Part shown: positions 1-5,670 of the stretch, piece by piece
Numbering within the stretch: position 1 is the first letter of the stretch
Layout of the letters: each line of letters opens with the position of its first letter
Translations under genes and position numbers: made by a program
IMG/VR virus record: IMGVR_UViG_3300000053_000004
Span: 1 to 6,194 of that record
Strand: one strand, 5' to 3'
DNA from: a virus
Length of the DNA: 6,194 nucleotides
Notes under the pieces: model-generated
The model's database searches: none
Told to the model about the DNA's origin: nothing
The model's input: the letters and a program-made list of their open reading frames with translations, nothing else

Positions 1-87
1 ATTATGCGAAGCCTCTAGTCAGGAAGGCGCCAGAAAGGCCCTAGGAATTGAGATCTGCTAAAGCTGGTATCAACCAGTGGGTTTTGG
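1..87. repeat. Terminal direct repeat, copy 1 (identical to 6108..6194). Indicates a circular or tandem 6107-bp unit.
   Basis: Base-by-base comparison shows attatgcgaagcctctagtcagg...caaccagtgggttttgg at both ends, offset 6107, with no mismatch. The window begins and ends exactly on the repeat. Confidence 0.95.
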
Positions 88-106
88 TGAAGGCCACTGT
101 AAATGG

Positions 107-1117
107 TCAATTTGAGCCTACAGCGGCTTGAGCGAGATCGGCGGTTGATCCAGGGAGGTTAGAAGATCGTTTTGACTTGGTGTCGCGCGGGCCTGATGAA
201 GATGCGCCAACGATGATGCTACGCGGCAGCGGGTTGGTGATGGCAGACATACAGGCCGGATAGGACATTTTCAGTAGATTGCCCTCGGCGCTATAGCACT
301 GACATTGAGTTTTGGAGCTGATGCAGCCGGCAACAGGGGTAGCCTGCTCCGTTTCACCCCAATCGTACATTTCAGTGGTAGCCGGCTTCTGCGTGCGATT
401 GGTGCCGCCAGCGGCACCCACCCGCACCGCAGACTCCGGCTTTTCTGGTGATGCAGCTGGAGTGGAAGGAGCTGGCGCTTCCTCTTTCGAGATAAGAAAA
501 GAGCTTTCAGTTGTAGATATGTTGTAAGCAACAGCAGCGCTAGACAAGAGAATGAGAAAAAGCATAAAGGCTAGTTTCTTAGGGACCTTGAACTTGTGCG
601 TATGTATGGTGGCTGACTTGTAAAGCTTCATATGAGCTTTAGGGAATGGCCAAGGAACAGAATCCGCCCTGGACTGTTCACCCCTGTCATTTGGGCTGTC
701 TACGCAGTGCTGCCAAGTGTACTTAGTGACAGTTTTCATGCCAAAAGCACGATAGAGATGTATGTGCTCGCCGGCGAGCTTCCTGATGTGATGATTTATA
801 AAACTGGGCGATTGGCTGATAAAAACCAAGTCGTGGCCGGTATGACGGTGAGTCTCCATAGCCTTAAGACGGGTGTCTTTGATTTCACGACCATGACCAG
901 TGGATGGATATAAGTGATCCTGCTGGGCTTCATCATAAATGACTAGAGCACCTTCCATGGTGTCGCGCCAGTCGTCTGGTGCAGGACGGCATTCGGGAAT
1001 ATCGAGGCCTGAAATGTTGGAGTAAACGGGCCTGCCCTCTTCCACCGCTTTAAGAACAAGACCAACGGCAAAGAGTGATTTGCCACTACCAGGGACTGCA
1101 GTAATTAATGTAATCAT
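107..1117 (-). CDS. zot: Zot / pI-family phage assembly ATPase (336 aa)
   Basis: Taken from ORF track 107..1180. Walker A is ITAVPGSGKS and Walker B is ALVIYDEAQ. One TM segment (KKLAFMLFLILLSSAAVAY) is followed by a Pro/Ala-rich and then Cys-containing C-terminal domain, which is the Zot/pI architecture. It is the last gene of the morphogenesis block. I moved the start to ATG 1117..1115 (MITLITAVPGSGKS), which overlaps the upstream stop as ATGA. The 21 codons upstream lie inside the pVI-like gene. Confidence 0.93.
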   Translation of the reverse strand: MITLITAVPGSGKSLFAVGLVLKAVEEGRPVYSNISGLDIPECRPAPDDWRDTMEGALVIYDEAQQDHLYPSTGHGREIKDTRLKAMETHRHTGHDLVFISQSPSFINHHIRKLAGEHIHLYRAFGMKTVTKYTWQHCVDSPNDRGEQSRADSVPWPFPKAHMKLYKSATIHTHKFKVPKKLAFMLFLILLSSAAVAYNISTTESSFLISKEEAPAPSTPAASPEKPESAVRVGAAGGTNRTQKPATTEMYDWGETEQATPVAGCISSKTQCQCYSAEGNLLKMSYPACMSAITNPLPRSIIVGASSSGPRDTKSKRSSNLPGSTADLAQAAVGSN

Positions 1118-1395
1118 GATGAAAGACCGAAGAAGACCTTGGTTGATTGAATAGCAGCACGGGTTAAAAAGGCGCTGCATAAGATCGAAAGACCTTCTGG
1201 GAAGCCAAATAAACTAATGATTTGATAAACAGCTAAAGGCATAGCGCCAAGCAGGTTACGAAGTTGATTTATAAGCTCTTCGACAAGACCAAAAAGCCCA
1301 TAGTAAGTAAAAAGGCCGATTCCCAGGGCGACGAATATTTTTGCTATAACGCTGGATATTATCCAAACGCCTACAGCTGCTAAAACGGCTGGCAT
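1114..1395 (-). CDS. pVI/Ace-like minor virion membrane protein (93 aa)
   Basis: The protein is very hydrophobic with several TM-like segments and sits between the pIII-like and pI-like genes, as in other inoviruses. The C-terminal block MPLAVYQIISLFGFPEGLSILCSAFLTRAAIQS resembles the LPPQYSGFLFFLGLDQALAIVLQALMTRFALRAL block of CTXphi Ace as I recall it. Its ATG (1395..1393) overlaps the pIII stop (TAATG). Confidence 0.75.
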   Translation of the reverse strand: MPAVLAAVGVWIISSVIAKIFVALGIGLFTYYGLFGLVEELINQLRNLLGAMPLAVYQIISLFGFPEGLSILCSAFLTRAAIQSTKVFFGLSS

Positions 1396-2732
1396 TAGTC
1401 AGACCTCCCCATTCCGAGACTTACATATATTGCAGCGATCAAAAAAGCGATTATTACGAATGGCTTTGCAAGAGTGGCAAAGTCACAAGCCGGCTTGAAA
1501 TCAAAAGAAAAAGAACCTTGGTCGGTTTCAATTGGGTATGGTGCAGGACAGGATGCAGAGGATGAGAAAGTTACAGACTCTTCATAGTCCTCATCAGATA
1601 TAAGTTCTGAAAGGTCGGGCTCTTCCTCAGTGAAAGGTGTCCTAACCCATTCGATAAAGGAACAAACTGTTGGCATGAAGTCGCAATCAGTGGGGATATC
1701 AGCAGAAGGTGATTCTACTGTGGTGTTGGTCTCAGTGCTTACAGATGTGCTGGTTTGAGTTCCGTTCTGATATGTATTAGTTACGGTTGTTCCAGTTGAT
1801 GTAATTGAGAGTGGGGAAGTTCCGTATTGGAGCTGTAATGATGGAAGAGATTCGACGACAGTTGTGTCGCCTGTAGTTGGATTGGTGGTAGTTGTCGTAA
1901 CGCCGGGAAGGTCAATGGAGTTTGGGCCGCCAAAGGTTTCTGAATCTGGATAGTCAAATGAGCCAGGAACAGCATCGCTGATATAGGGGGCAGTCGATGC
2001 AGCAAAAGATGGGTCTGATATACCGGAAATAAAAGAATCAATGTCAGAATCAGTGATTGGAAGAGCCTGTGAGCTTACACAAGCAAGAGCACTAGCGGCC
2101 AAAGAAAGACCGGTTGGGCAGGTAGTGCCGGAAGATGAAATCGTAGGGTAGAAAGTTTCTTGATAACTGCCTTGGCTGTAATTTACAGCGCACTTTACGT
2201 CAATGTATGGGCGGTGGCTGTGGATAGAAACAGAGTTTATAGAAGCGCCCCAGGTACTAGCCGCAAATCGGCTAGCAAGCCCCTGGCAGGCACTTATAGC
2301 TGAAGGGTATTTAACACCCTCATGAAGCCAATAAATATCAGAACCTGTTGGCGTAAAGGAGACTGGACTATTGTCCACGCGAGTTATTTGGCTGTTTTCG
2401 TCTATGAGCCAACCAACGGAAGCAACCGCTCCAGTTACTGCGCCGGACAAGAGAAGTTGGCCGGGGTTGAGTTTTATTGCGTTTTTAAGTGCACCGCGAA
2501 AACTTGGCCATGAATACTTTTTTTCTCGAACAACTGGAACCGTGTGACGGTTGCCTTTTTGATCACTGATAGTTGCGTTCCAATCCCTGGAGTCGATAAA
2601 TGCGTCAGGGCCGACACCAGGGCCGTAAGTTGGCTGGAGATCGCCCGGCTGGACAATTATTGTACGTGCAGCATGTGCAGTCAGCGAAAGAGAAAGAAGC
2701 CCGAAGAGACAACAACAAAGAAAACGAGCCAT
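1395..2732 (-). CDS. pIII-like adsorption / minor coat protein (445 aa)
   Basis: The N-terminus is a signal peptide, MARFLCCCLFGLLSLSLTAHA/AR. A long Thr/Ser-rich linker (GVTTTTTNPTTGDTTVV...TSTGTTVTNTYQNGTQTSTSVSTETNTTV) follows. The C-terminal domain contains Cys residues and ends in a TM anchor (KPFVIIAFLIAAIYVSLGMGRSD). It is the largest gene, directly after the coat gene and terminator. I chose ATG 2732 (GGAG 8 nt upstream) over the GTG at 2747 used by the track. Confidence 0.75.
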   Translation of the reverse strand: MARFLCCCLFGLLSLSLTAHAARTIIVQPGDLQPTYGPGVGPDAFIDSRDWNATISDQKGNRHTVPVVREKKYSWPSFRGALKNAIKLNPGQLLLSGAVTGAVASVGWLIDENSQITRVDNSPVSFTPTGSDIYWLHEGVKYPSAISACQGLASRFAASTWGASINSVSIHSHRPYIDVKCAVNYSQGSYQETFYPTISSSGTTCPTGLSLAASALACVSSQALPITDSDIDSFISGISDPSFAASTAPYISDAVPGSFDYPDSETFGGPNSIDLPGVTTTTTNPTTGDTTVVESLPSLQLQYGTSPLSITSTGTTVTNTYQNGTQTSTSVSTETNTTVESPSADIPTDCDFMPTVCSFIEWVRTPFTEEEPDLSELISDEDYEESVTFSSSASCPAPYPIETDQGSFSFDFKPACDFATLAKPFVIIAFLIAAIYVSLGMGRSD

Positions 2733-2764
2733 CCAGAATACTCCCACTCCATAATATGAACTCC

Positions 2765-2793
2765 AAAAAAAAGAGGGAGCGAAGCCCCCTCTT
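2765..2793 (-). terminator. Rho-independent terminator after the major coat gene
   Basis: The minus-strand RNA reads AAGAGGGGG-CUUCG-CUCCCUCUU followed by a U run. That gives a 9-bp stem (one G-U pair), a 5-nt loop and 8 consecutive U. It lies between the coat stop (2811) and the pIII start (2732), the same position as the gVIII terminator in Ff phages. Confidence 0.8.
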
Positions 2794-2810
2794 GTTTGTA
2801 GCGCCTGGGG

Positions 2811-2948
2811 TTAGCGGGCAGTACGGCGGAACATGGCAAAAGCCACAATTACCAGGGTAACGACGAACATTGCACCACCGATGGTGCGAACGTCAGCTTG
2901 CAGGTTGGTGATAGCGGTAATTACGGGGGCGAGAAGATCAGCTTCCAT
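2811..2948 (-). CDS. Major coat protein, Pf3-type, no signal peptide (45 aa)
   Basis: Hand translation gives MEADLLAPVITAITNLQADVRTIGGAMFVVTLVIVAFAMFRRTAR*. It has an acidic N-terminus, one TM helix and a basic C-terminus (RRTAR). The core LQADVRTIGGA matches VQADITTIGGA of the 44-aa Pf3 coat protein as I recall it. It is too short for the supplied ORF track and is followed by a strong terminator. Confidence 0.8.
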   Translation of the reverse strand: MEADLLAPVITAITNLQADVRTIGGAMFVVTLVIVAFAMFRRTAR

Positions 2949-2951
2949 ATT

Positions 2952-3134
2952 TCAGTACCTTTGATGTGAGAGAAGAAAGCGTATTAGTAGATTTAAACCC
3001 CAGGCTGTTGCGTAACACGCGAGAACCGCAAAGCCTAGTTTCAGCCCCTGGGCAACGCTCAGAGGCGGAATTAAAGCGCTGTACTCAACCCAAGTAGTGC
3101 AAGCACCATCGACTAGTTCAGCGCAGATATACAT
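2952..3134 (-). CDS. Small membrane protein (60 aa), candidate pVII/pIX-type minor coat protein
   Basis: The ORF is in the track. Its ATG immediately follows the upstream TAA (TAAATG), with GAGG 8 nt upstream. A C-terminal hydrophobic segment (GLKLGFAVLACYATAWGLNLLIRFLL) is present. It lies just upstream of the coat gene, where Ff phages carry gVII/gIX. The functional assignment rests on position only. Confidence 0.55.
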   Translation of the reverse strand: MYICAELVDGACTTWVEYSALIPPLSVAQGLKLGFAVLACYATAWGLNLLIRFLLSHQRY

Positions 3135-3371
3135 TTAAGCGGCCTCGGCATCGAGTTCAGCTGCAAGGCGTTCAAAAGCAACGACAGCAACTTTCTCGGC
3201 TTCGGCTTGATGCAATTCGTAGGCAGCGGCGCCGATGGCTCCGGAGTCACGTAGGCCACGCAGATAGCCAGCGTGTTCAGAGCTGGAGAATGCGAGTTCG
3301 TAGTGATCAGGGGCGGACTTCATGAGGCACAGCAGGCGCTGGCGTTCTTGATGAAATTCGGCGGTAACCAT
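3135..3371 (-). CDS. Hypothetical soluble acidic Ala-rich protein (78 aa)
   Basis: The ORF is in the track. A strong SD (GGGGAGGG) lies about 8 nt upstream of ATG 3371. It sits in the operon between the SSB and the small membrane protein. It has no TM segment and I recognise no motif. Confidence 0.6.
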   Translation of the reverse strand: MVTAEFHQERQRLLCLMKSAPDHYELAFSSSEHAGYLRGLRDSGAIGAAAYELHQAEAEKVAVVAFERLAAELDAEAA

Positions 3372-3386
3372 GGTGGCGCCCTCCCC

Positions 3387-3671
3387 TTAACCGGCTGCTT
3401 TAACAGCAGCTTGAACGCGGCGAGACTGACGAGGGTCGAAGCTAAATTCGACGCGGCCATCTTTGATGTTGCCTTTAAGGGCGCAAACATACTCACCAAC
3501 TGTAAGAACTTCATCTGGCTTAGAACAGTAGTATTCAAACTTCTGCGGAAAGTCGACACCATCGAGGACGACAAAACATTCAGCCATTGTGTAAGCATTG
3601 CCGCTAACTTTAGCGACACCAGAACGGTGCATACAGGTTGGCGTAACGATCAACTTAACTTCCATAGCCAT
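3387..3671 (-). CDS. ssDNA-binding protein (gene V analogue), Pf3-like (94 aa)
   Basis: An AAGAGG SD lies 7 nt upstream of ATG 3671. The blocks SGVAKVSGNAYTMAECFVVL..FP and VGEYV...DGRVEFSFDP parallel GTSAKGNPYTFQEGFLHL..FP and AGSYQV...NGRPELAFDF of the 78-aa Pf3 SSB as I recall it. Size and position (after rep, before the coat genes) fit. Confidence 0.72.
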   Translation of the reverse strand: MAMEVKLIVTPTCMHRSGVAKVSGNAYTMAECFVVLDGVDFPQKFEYYCSKPDEVLTVGEYVCALKGNIKDGRVEFSFDPRQSRRVQAAVKAAG

Positions 3672-3732
3672 GATATTGCCTCTTTGATGAGCGCCGGTAA
3701 CTTATGACCGGCTGGGTTTGCCCAGGTGGGCG

Positions 3733-3966
3733 TTAATAGCACTCGCCTACGTACGGGGCGGATTTTTCATTGCGGATAACTTTGTATTTGCTGTCATTAT
3801 TGATCTGGACAGCAGACTCAATCTTTTCAGCGGGTGTTCTATTTGCAACAGCGTCATAGCATTCCTGTATGACACTTCCGTTAGTTTGAACATTGCGCAT
3901 TCTCTGTTGAATTTCTTCGCGACGGGTTGACTTGCCCATGAAGAAGTTATCTATTCCGTTTCTCAT
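3733..3966 (-). CDS. Hypothetical hydrophilic protein (77 aa) in a low-GC segment
   Basis: The ORF is in the track. Its ATG 3966..3964 overlaps the stop of the upstream 43-aa ORF as ATGA. It has the same orientation as the operon. I recognise no motif. Confidence 0.55.
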   Translation of the reverse strand: MRNGIDNFFMGKSTRREEIQQRMRNVQTNGSVIQECYDAVANRTPAEKIESAVQINNDSKYKVIRNEKSAPYVGECY

Positions 3967-4094
3967 TTGAAAAAACCTATAAAAAGTGAAATTGTTAAAT
4001 AAGCGGAATAAAGAGCAAGACCAAGACCAGTGATGGCCATAGAAATAATGATGACTTGCCAGAAGAGCCAGCTAATAACGCGAAAGATATCCAT
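3963..4094 (-). CDS. Small hydrophobic membrane peptide (43 aa)
   Basis: Hand translation gives MDIFRVISWLFWQVIIISMAITGLGLALYSAYLTISLFIGFFK*. Its ATG 4094..4092 overlaps the Rep stop (TGATG) and its stop overlaps the next ATG (ATGA). It therefore sits exactly in the translationally coupled chain. It is below the size cut-off of the ORF track. Confidence 0.55.
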   Translation of the reverse strand: MDIFRVISWLFWQVIIISMAITGLGLALYSAYLTISLFIGFFK

Positions 4095-5131
4095 CAGCAT
4101 GCACGCCGTGCGGATTGGTGAATTAATCCGCGATCAAAGAAGAACGCTGGAATAGCGGCGGGCTTGGCTTCCAATATGCGGATCATTGGAATGACATTAG
4201 AGTCGTCGCGGCGGTCGCAACGAATGTTAATGTCAATACCAAGACCCATTAGCTGTTCGCGATGGCGGTAATAAGTGCCATTAGCCAGCATCTGCTTAAG
4301 GTCGTGACCAGCTTTCCAGAGCATATAAGTGCCAAGGATTTTTGATGGAAGTTCCATCATCTGCTTACTGTTTAGTTCAATCTGCTCAGACATATCTAAT
4401 TCCCCTATGAAGTGGCGGTACTGAGCCCATAAAACCGCCGGGGTTAATTGAAACGCATATTCAAGGTCTAAAGCCTTGAGCTTCTTGGAGCGCAAACGCA
4501 GCTCTACACGCAGCTTGTTATCAAGCCATTCGTGAATTTGAGGATTTTCATTTATTTCATCAGGCAACTTGTGAGAGCCGCCAGCATTCAGCTCATCAGC
4601 CTTGCAATAACAAACGACAGACCAATGAGAGGAACCTTTGCCAAAAGTAAGCGTGCCGCGATTGTTTACAGGGCGGCCATGGCGTGACTTGCACTTGAAC
4701 TCACCAGCTCGCAACCAGGAACGAACGTCACCACGGGTTGGCAGCTCAAACATGCGGTTGTAATCGACGCGAGTAACGCGGTACCGCCCTGCCCTAACCT
4801 TCTGTTTTTCGATGTCGGTGGGATTCAGATCAACAAGGCCACAGAGGCGCTGGAAGGTGTCCCACACCAGGGCGACAAGATCGTCGGAGCCGACGAGGTT
4901 GTGACCCTGGAGCCACTTACTGGGATTGCCGTCGATGTAAAGGTGTGTGGCGTTTCCCTTTCCGTCGCCGCCTATGCTGCGAACATGGATGCTCGACTCG
5001 TAAGAACCGCGAACGTGCATCTTGCGAGGGGTTTCCCATGCGACGGTGCCGTCAGCCTCGATGCAAACCACAGCGCCGCTATCTAGCGGTGAGTGCTGTA
5101 GTTCGATCATTACGGCGGCCCAGTCGATCAT
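4094..5131 (-). CDS. Rolling-circle replication initiator, filamentous-phage gene II / CRI / RstA family (345 aa)
   Basis: The conserved blocks I recognise from this family are N-terminal MIDW...; ...VRGSYESSIHVRS...; LYIDGNPSKWLQGHNLVGSDD; VTRVDYNRMF; and VVCYCKADEL (candidate Tyr block). It is the first gene of the operon and is divergent from an HTH repressor, as with rstA/rstR in CTXphi. Confidence 0.9.
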   Translation of the reverse strand: MIDWAAVMIELQHSPLDSGAVVCIEADGTVAWETPRKMHVRGSYESSIHVRSIGGDGKGNATHLYIDGNPSKWLQGHNLVGSDDLVALVWDTFQRLCGLVDLNPTDIEKQKVRAGRYRVTRVDYNRMFELPTRGDVRSWLRAGEFKCKSRHGRPVNNRGTLTFGKGSSHWSVVCYCKADELNAGGSHKLPDEINENPQIHEWLDNKLRVELRLRSKKLKALDLEYAFQLTPAVLWAQYRHFIGELDMSEQIELNSKQMMELPSKILGTYMLWKAGHDLKQMLANGTYYRHREQLMGLGIDINIRCDRRDDSNVIPMIRILEAKPAAIPAFFFDRGLIHQSARRAC

Positions 5132-5258
5132 CCCTAAAACCTGTCAAGACGCATATGTGAGTCGTCAAGGTACAAGATGTGATCGGAGAGAGTCAACAAC
5201 ATCTGATCCGCTAAGGATTCGGATATGATCCAGAGCTTTTGACCAAGGGGTAGGATCG
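5132..5258. promoter_or_regulatory. Divergent control region between rep and the repressor gene (promoters/operators not resolved)
   Basis: This is a 127-bp non-coding gap between divergent start codons. On the rep-sense strand, TTGAC-type hexamers occur at 5191-5196 (TTGACT), 5163-5168 (TTGACG) and 5142-5147 (TTGACA). TTGACC occurs on the + strand at 5239-5244. Three direct AT-N-TGATC repeats lie at 5177, 5201 and 5223. There are four GATC sites in 127 bp. I found no convincing -10 partner, so individual promoters are not called. Confidence 0.6.
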
Positions 5259-5618
5259 ATGGAAGAAACGACGCTGAGCGAAGTGACAATGGCCATAGGC
5301 GAAAACATCAAGAGAGCCAGAGAACACAAGGGGCTCAAGCAGGAAGAAGTAGCCGAGAAAGCAGGCATACCCCTGTCAACATACAAAAATTACGAGCATG
5401 GCAAACAGCCACCGCCAGGGGATCGAATCGGAGCCATTGCGCGGGCGCTGGGAGTATCTGCGGATGAGATCGTTTTTGATGAGAGCGAGAGGCAGGTGAC
5501 GGATGAGCTTAAAGCGATTTTCAGACGATTCGACGAGCTGCCACCTGAACTGAAAACTCAGGCAAAACTGGCAATGAGGGGGCTTTTGATGGGATATGAG
5601 TCGGAGCTGCTGAGGTAA
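5259..5618 (+). CDS. XRE/Cro-CI family helix-turn-helix transcriptional repressor (119 aa)
   Basis: It carries the classic HTH_XRE pattern IGENIKRAREHKGLKQEEVAEKAGIPLSTYKNYEHGKQPPPGDRIGAIARALGVSADEIVF. It is divergent from rep and followed by an intrinsic terminator. The start could alternatively be ATG 5289 (MAIGEN...). Confidence 0.9.
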   Translation: MEETTLSEVTMAIGENIKRAREHKGLKQEEVAEKAGIPLSTYKNYEHGKQPPPGDRIGAIARALGVSADEIVFDESERQVTDELKAIFRRFDELPPELKTQAKLAMRGLLMGYESELLR

Positions 5619-5641
5619 GGGGGATTCCCAAAATGGGACAA

Positions 5642-5670
5642 AAGTCGGGTATCACCTATACCGACTTTTT
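5642..5670 (+). terminator. Rho-independent terminator downstream of the repressor gene
   Basis: The sequence is AAGTCGG(G)TAT-CACCT-ATACCGACTT followed by TTTTT. That gives 7+3 bp of stem with one bulged G. It starts 24 nt after the TAA at 5616-5618. Confidence 0.65.

Noticed and set aside
1-87. The 87-bp end repeats as attL/attR of a single integrated prophage
   Set aside because: Xer-type att cores are about 11-28 bp, and most of this repeat is non-dif sequence. No host flanking DNA is present, and the repeat is exact and coincides with the window ends. Circular overlap or a tandem copy fits better.
629-631. In-frame internal ATG (M184, MKLYKSATIHTHKFKVPKKLAF...) just before the Zot TM segment, as a pXI-like internal start
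   Set aside because: The position is analogous to Ff pXI, but there is no Shine-Dalgarno sequence upstream (CCCTAAAGCTCATATG). It is unsupported from sequence.
1118-1180. N-terminal 21-codon extension of the Zot ORF as given in the ORF track (MQRLFNPCCYSINQGLLRSFI...)
   Set aside because: It lies wholly inside the pVI-like gene. The ATG at 1117 gives the canonical N-terminus directly before the Walker A motif and makes an ATGA stop/start overlap.
2518-2524. A7 homopolymer (coding strand) in the pIII-like gene as a slipped-strand phase-variation switch
   Set aside because: Seven residues is short for efficient slippage, and it simply encodes EKK in frame. I note it but cannot argue for it.
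2733-2747. GTG start at 2747 for the pIII-like gene (MGVFW...)
   Set aside because: The ATG at 2732 is preceded by GGAG at the proper spacing and yields a standard signal peptide. The GTG codon itself forms part of that SD region.
271-2860. Short overlapping ORFs inside zot and the pIII gene (271..531-, 312..527+, 632..913+, 1781..2041-, 2322..2513+, 2474..2656-, 2544..2759+, 2600..2860+)
   Set aside because: All are nested in, or antisense to, well-supported genes. Their translations are low-complexity or Arg/Pro/Ser-rich, which is typical of off-frame reading.
3273-3707. 144-aa plus-strand ORF and 99-aa alternative-frame minus ORF (3320..3619) overlapping the SSB and 78-aa genes
   Set aside because: These are antisense or out-of-frame shadows of genes that have good SDs, coupling and (for the SSB) recognisable similarity. 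They have no signals of their own.
3718-3930. 70-aa plus-strand hydrophobic ORF antisense to the 77-aa gene
   Set aside because: It has a TTG start and no SD, and its orientation is opposite to the coupled operon. The minus-strand ORF is tied to its neighbour by an ATGA overlap.
4901-5386. ORFs 4901..5086+, 4945..5160+, 5022..5228+ and 5165..5386-
   Set aside because: They are antisense to rep or to the repressor gene and span the control region. Their compositions are implausible and they have no start signals.
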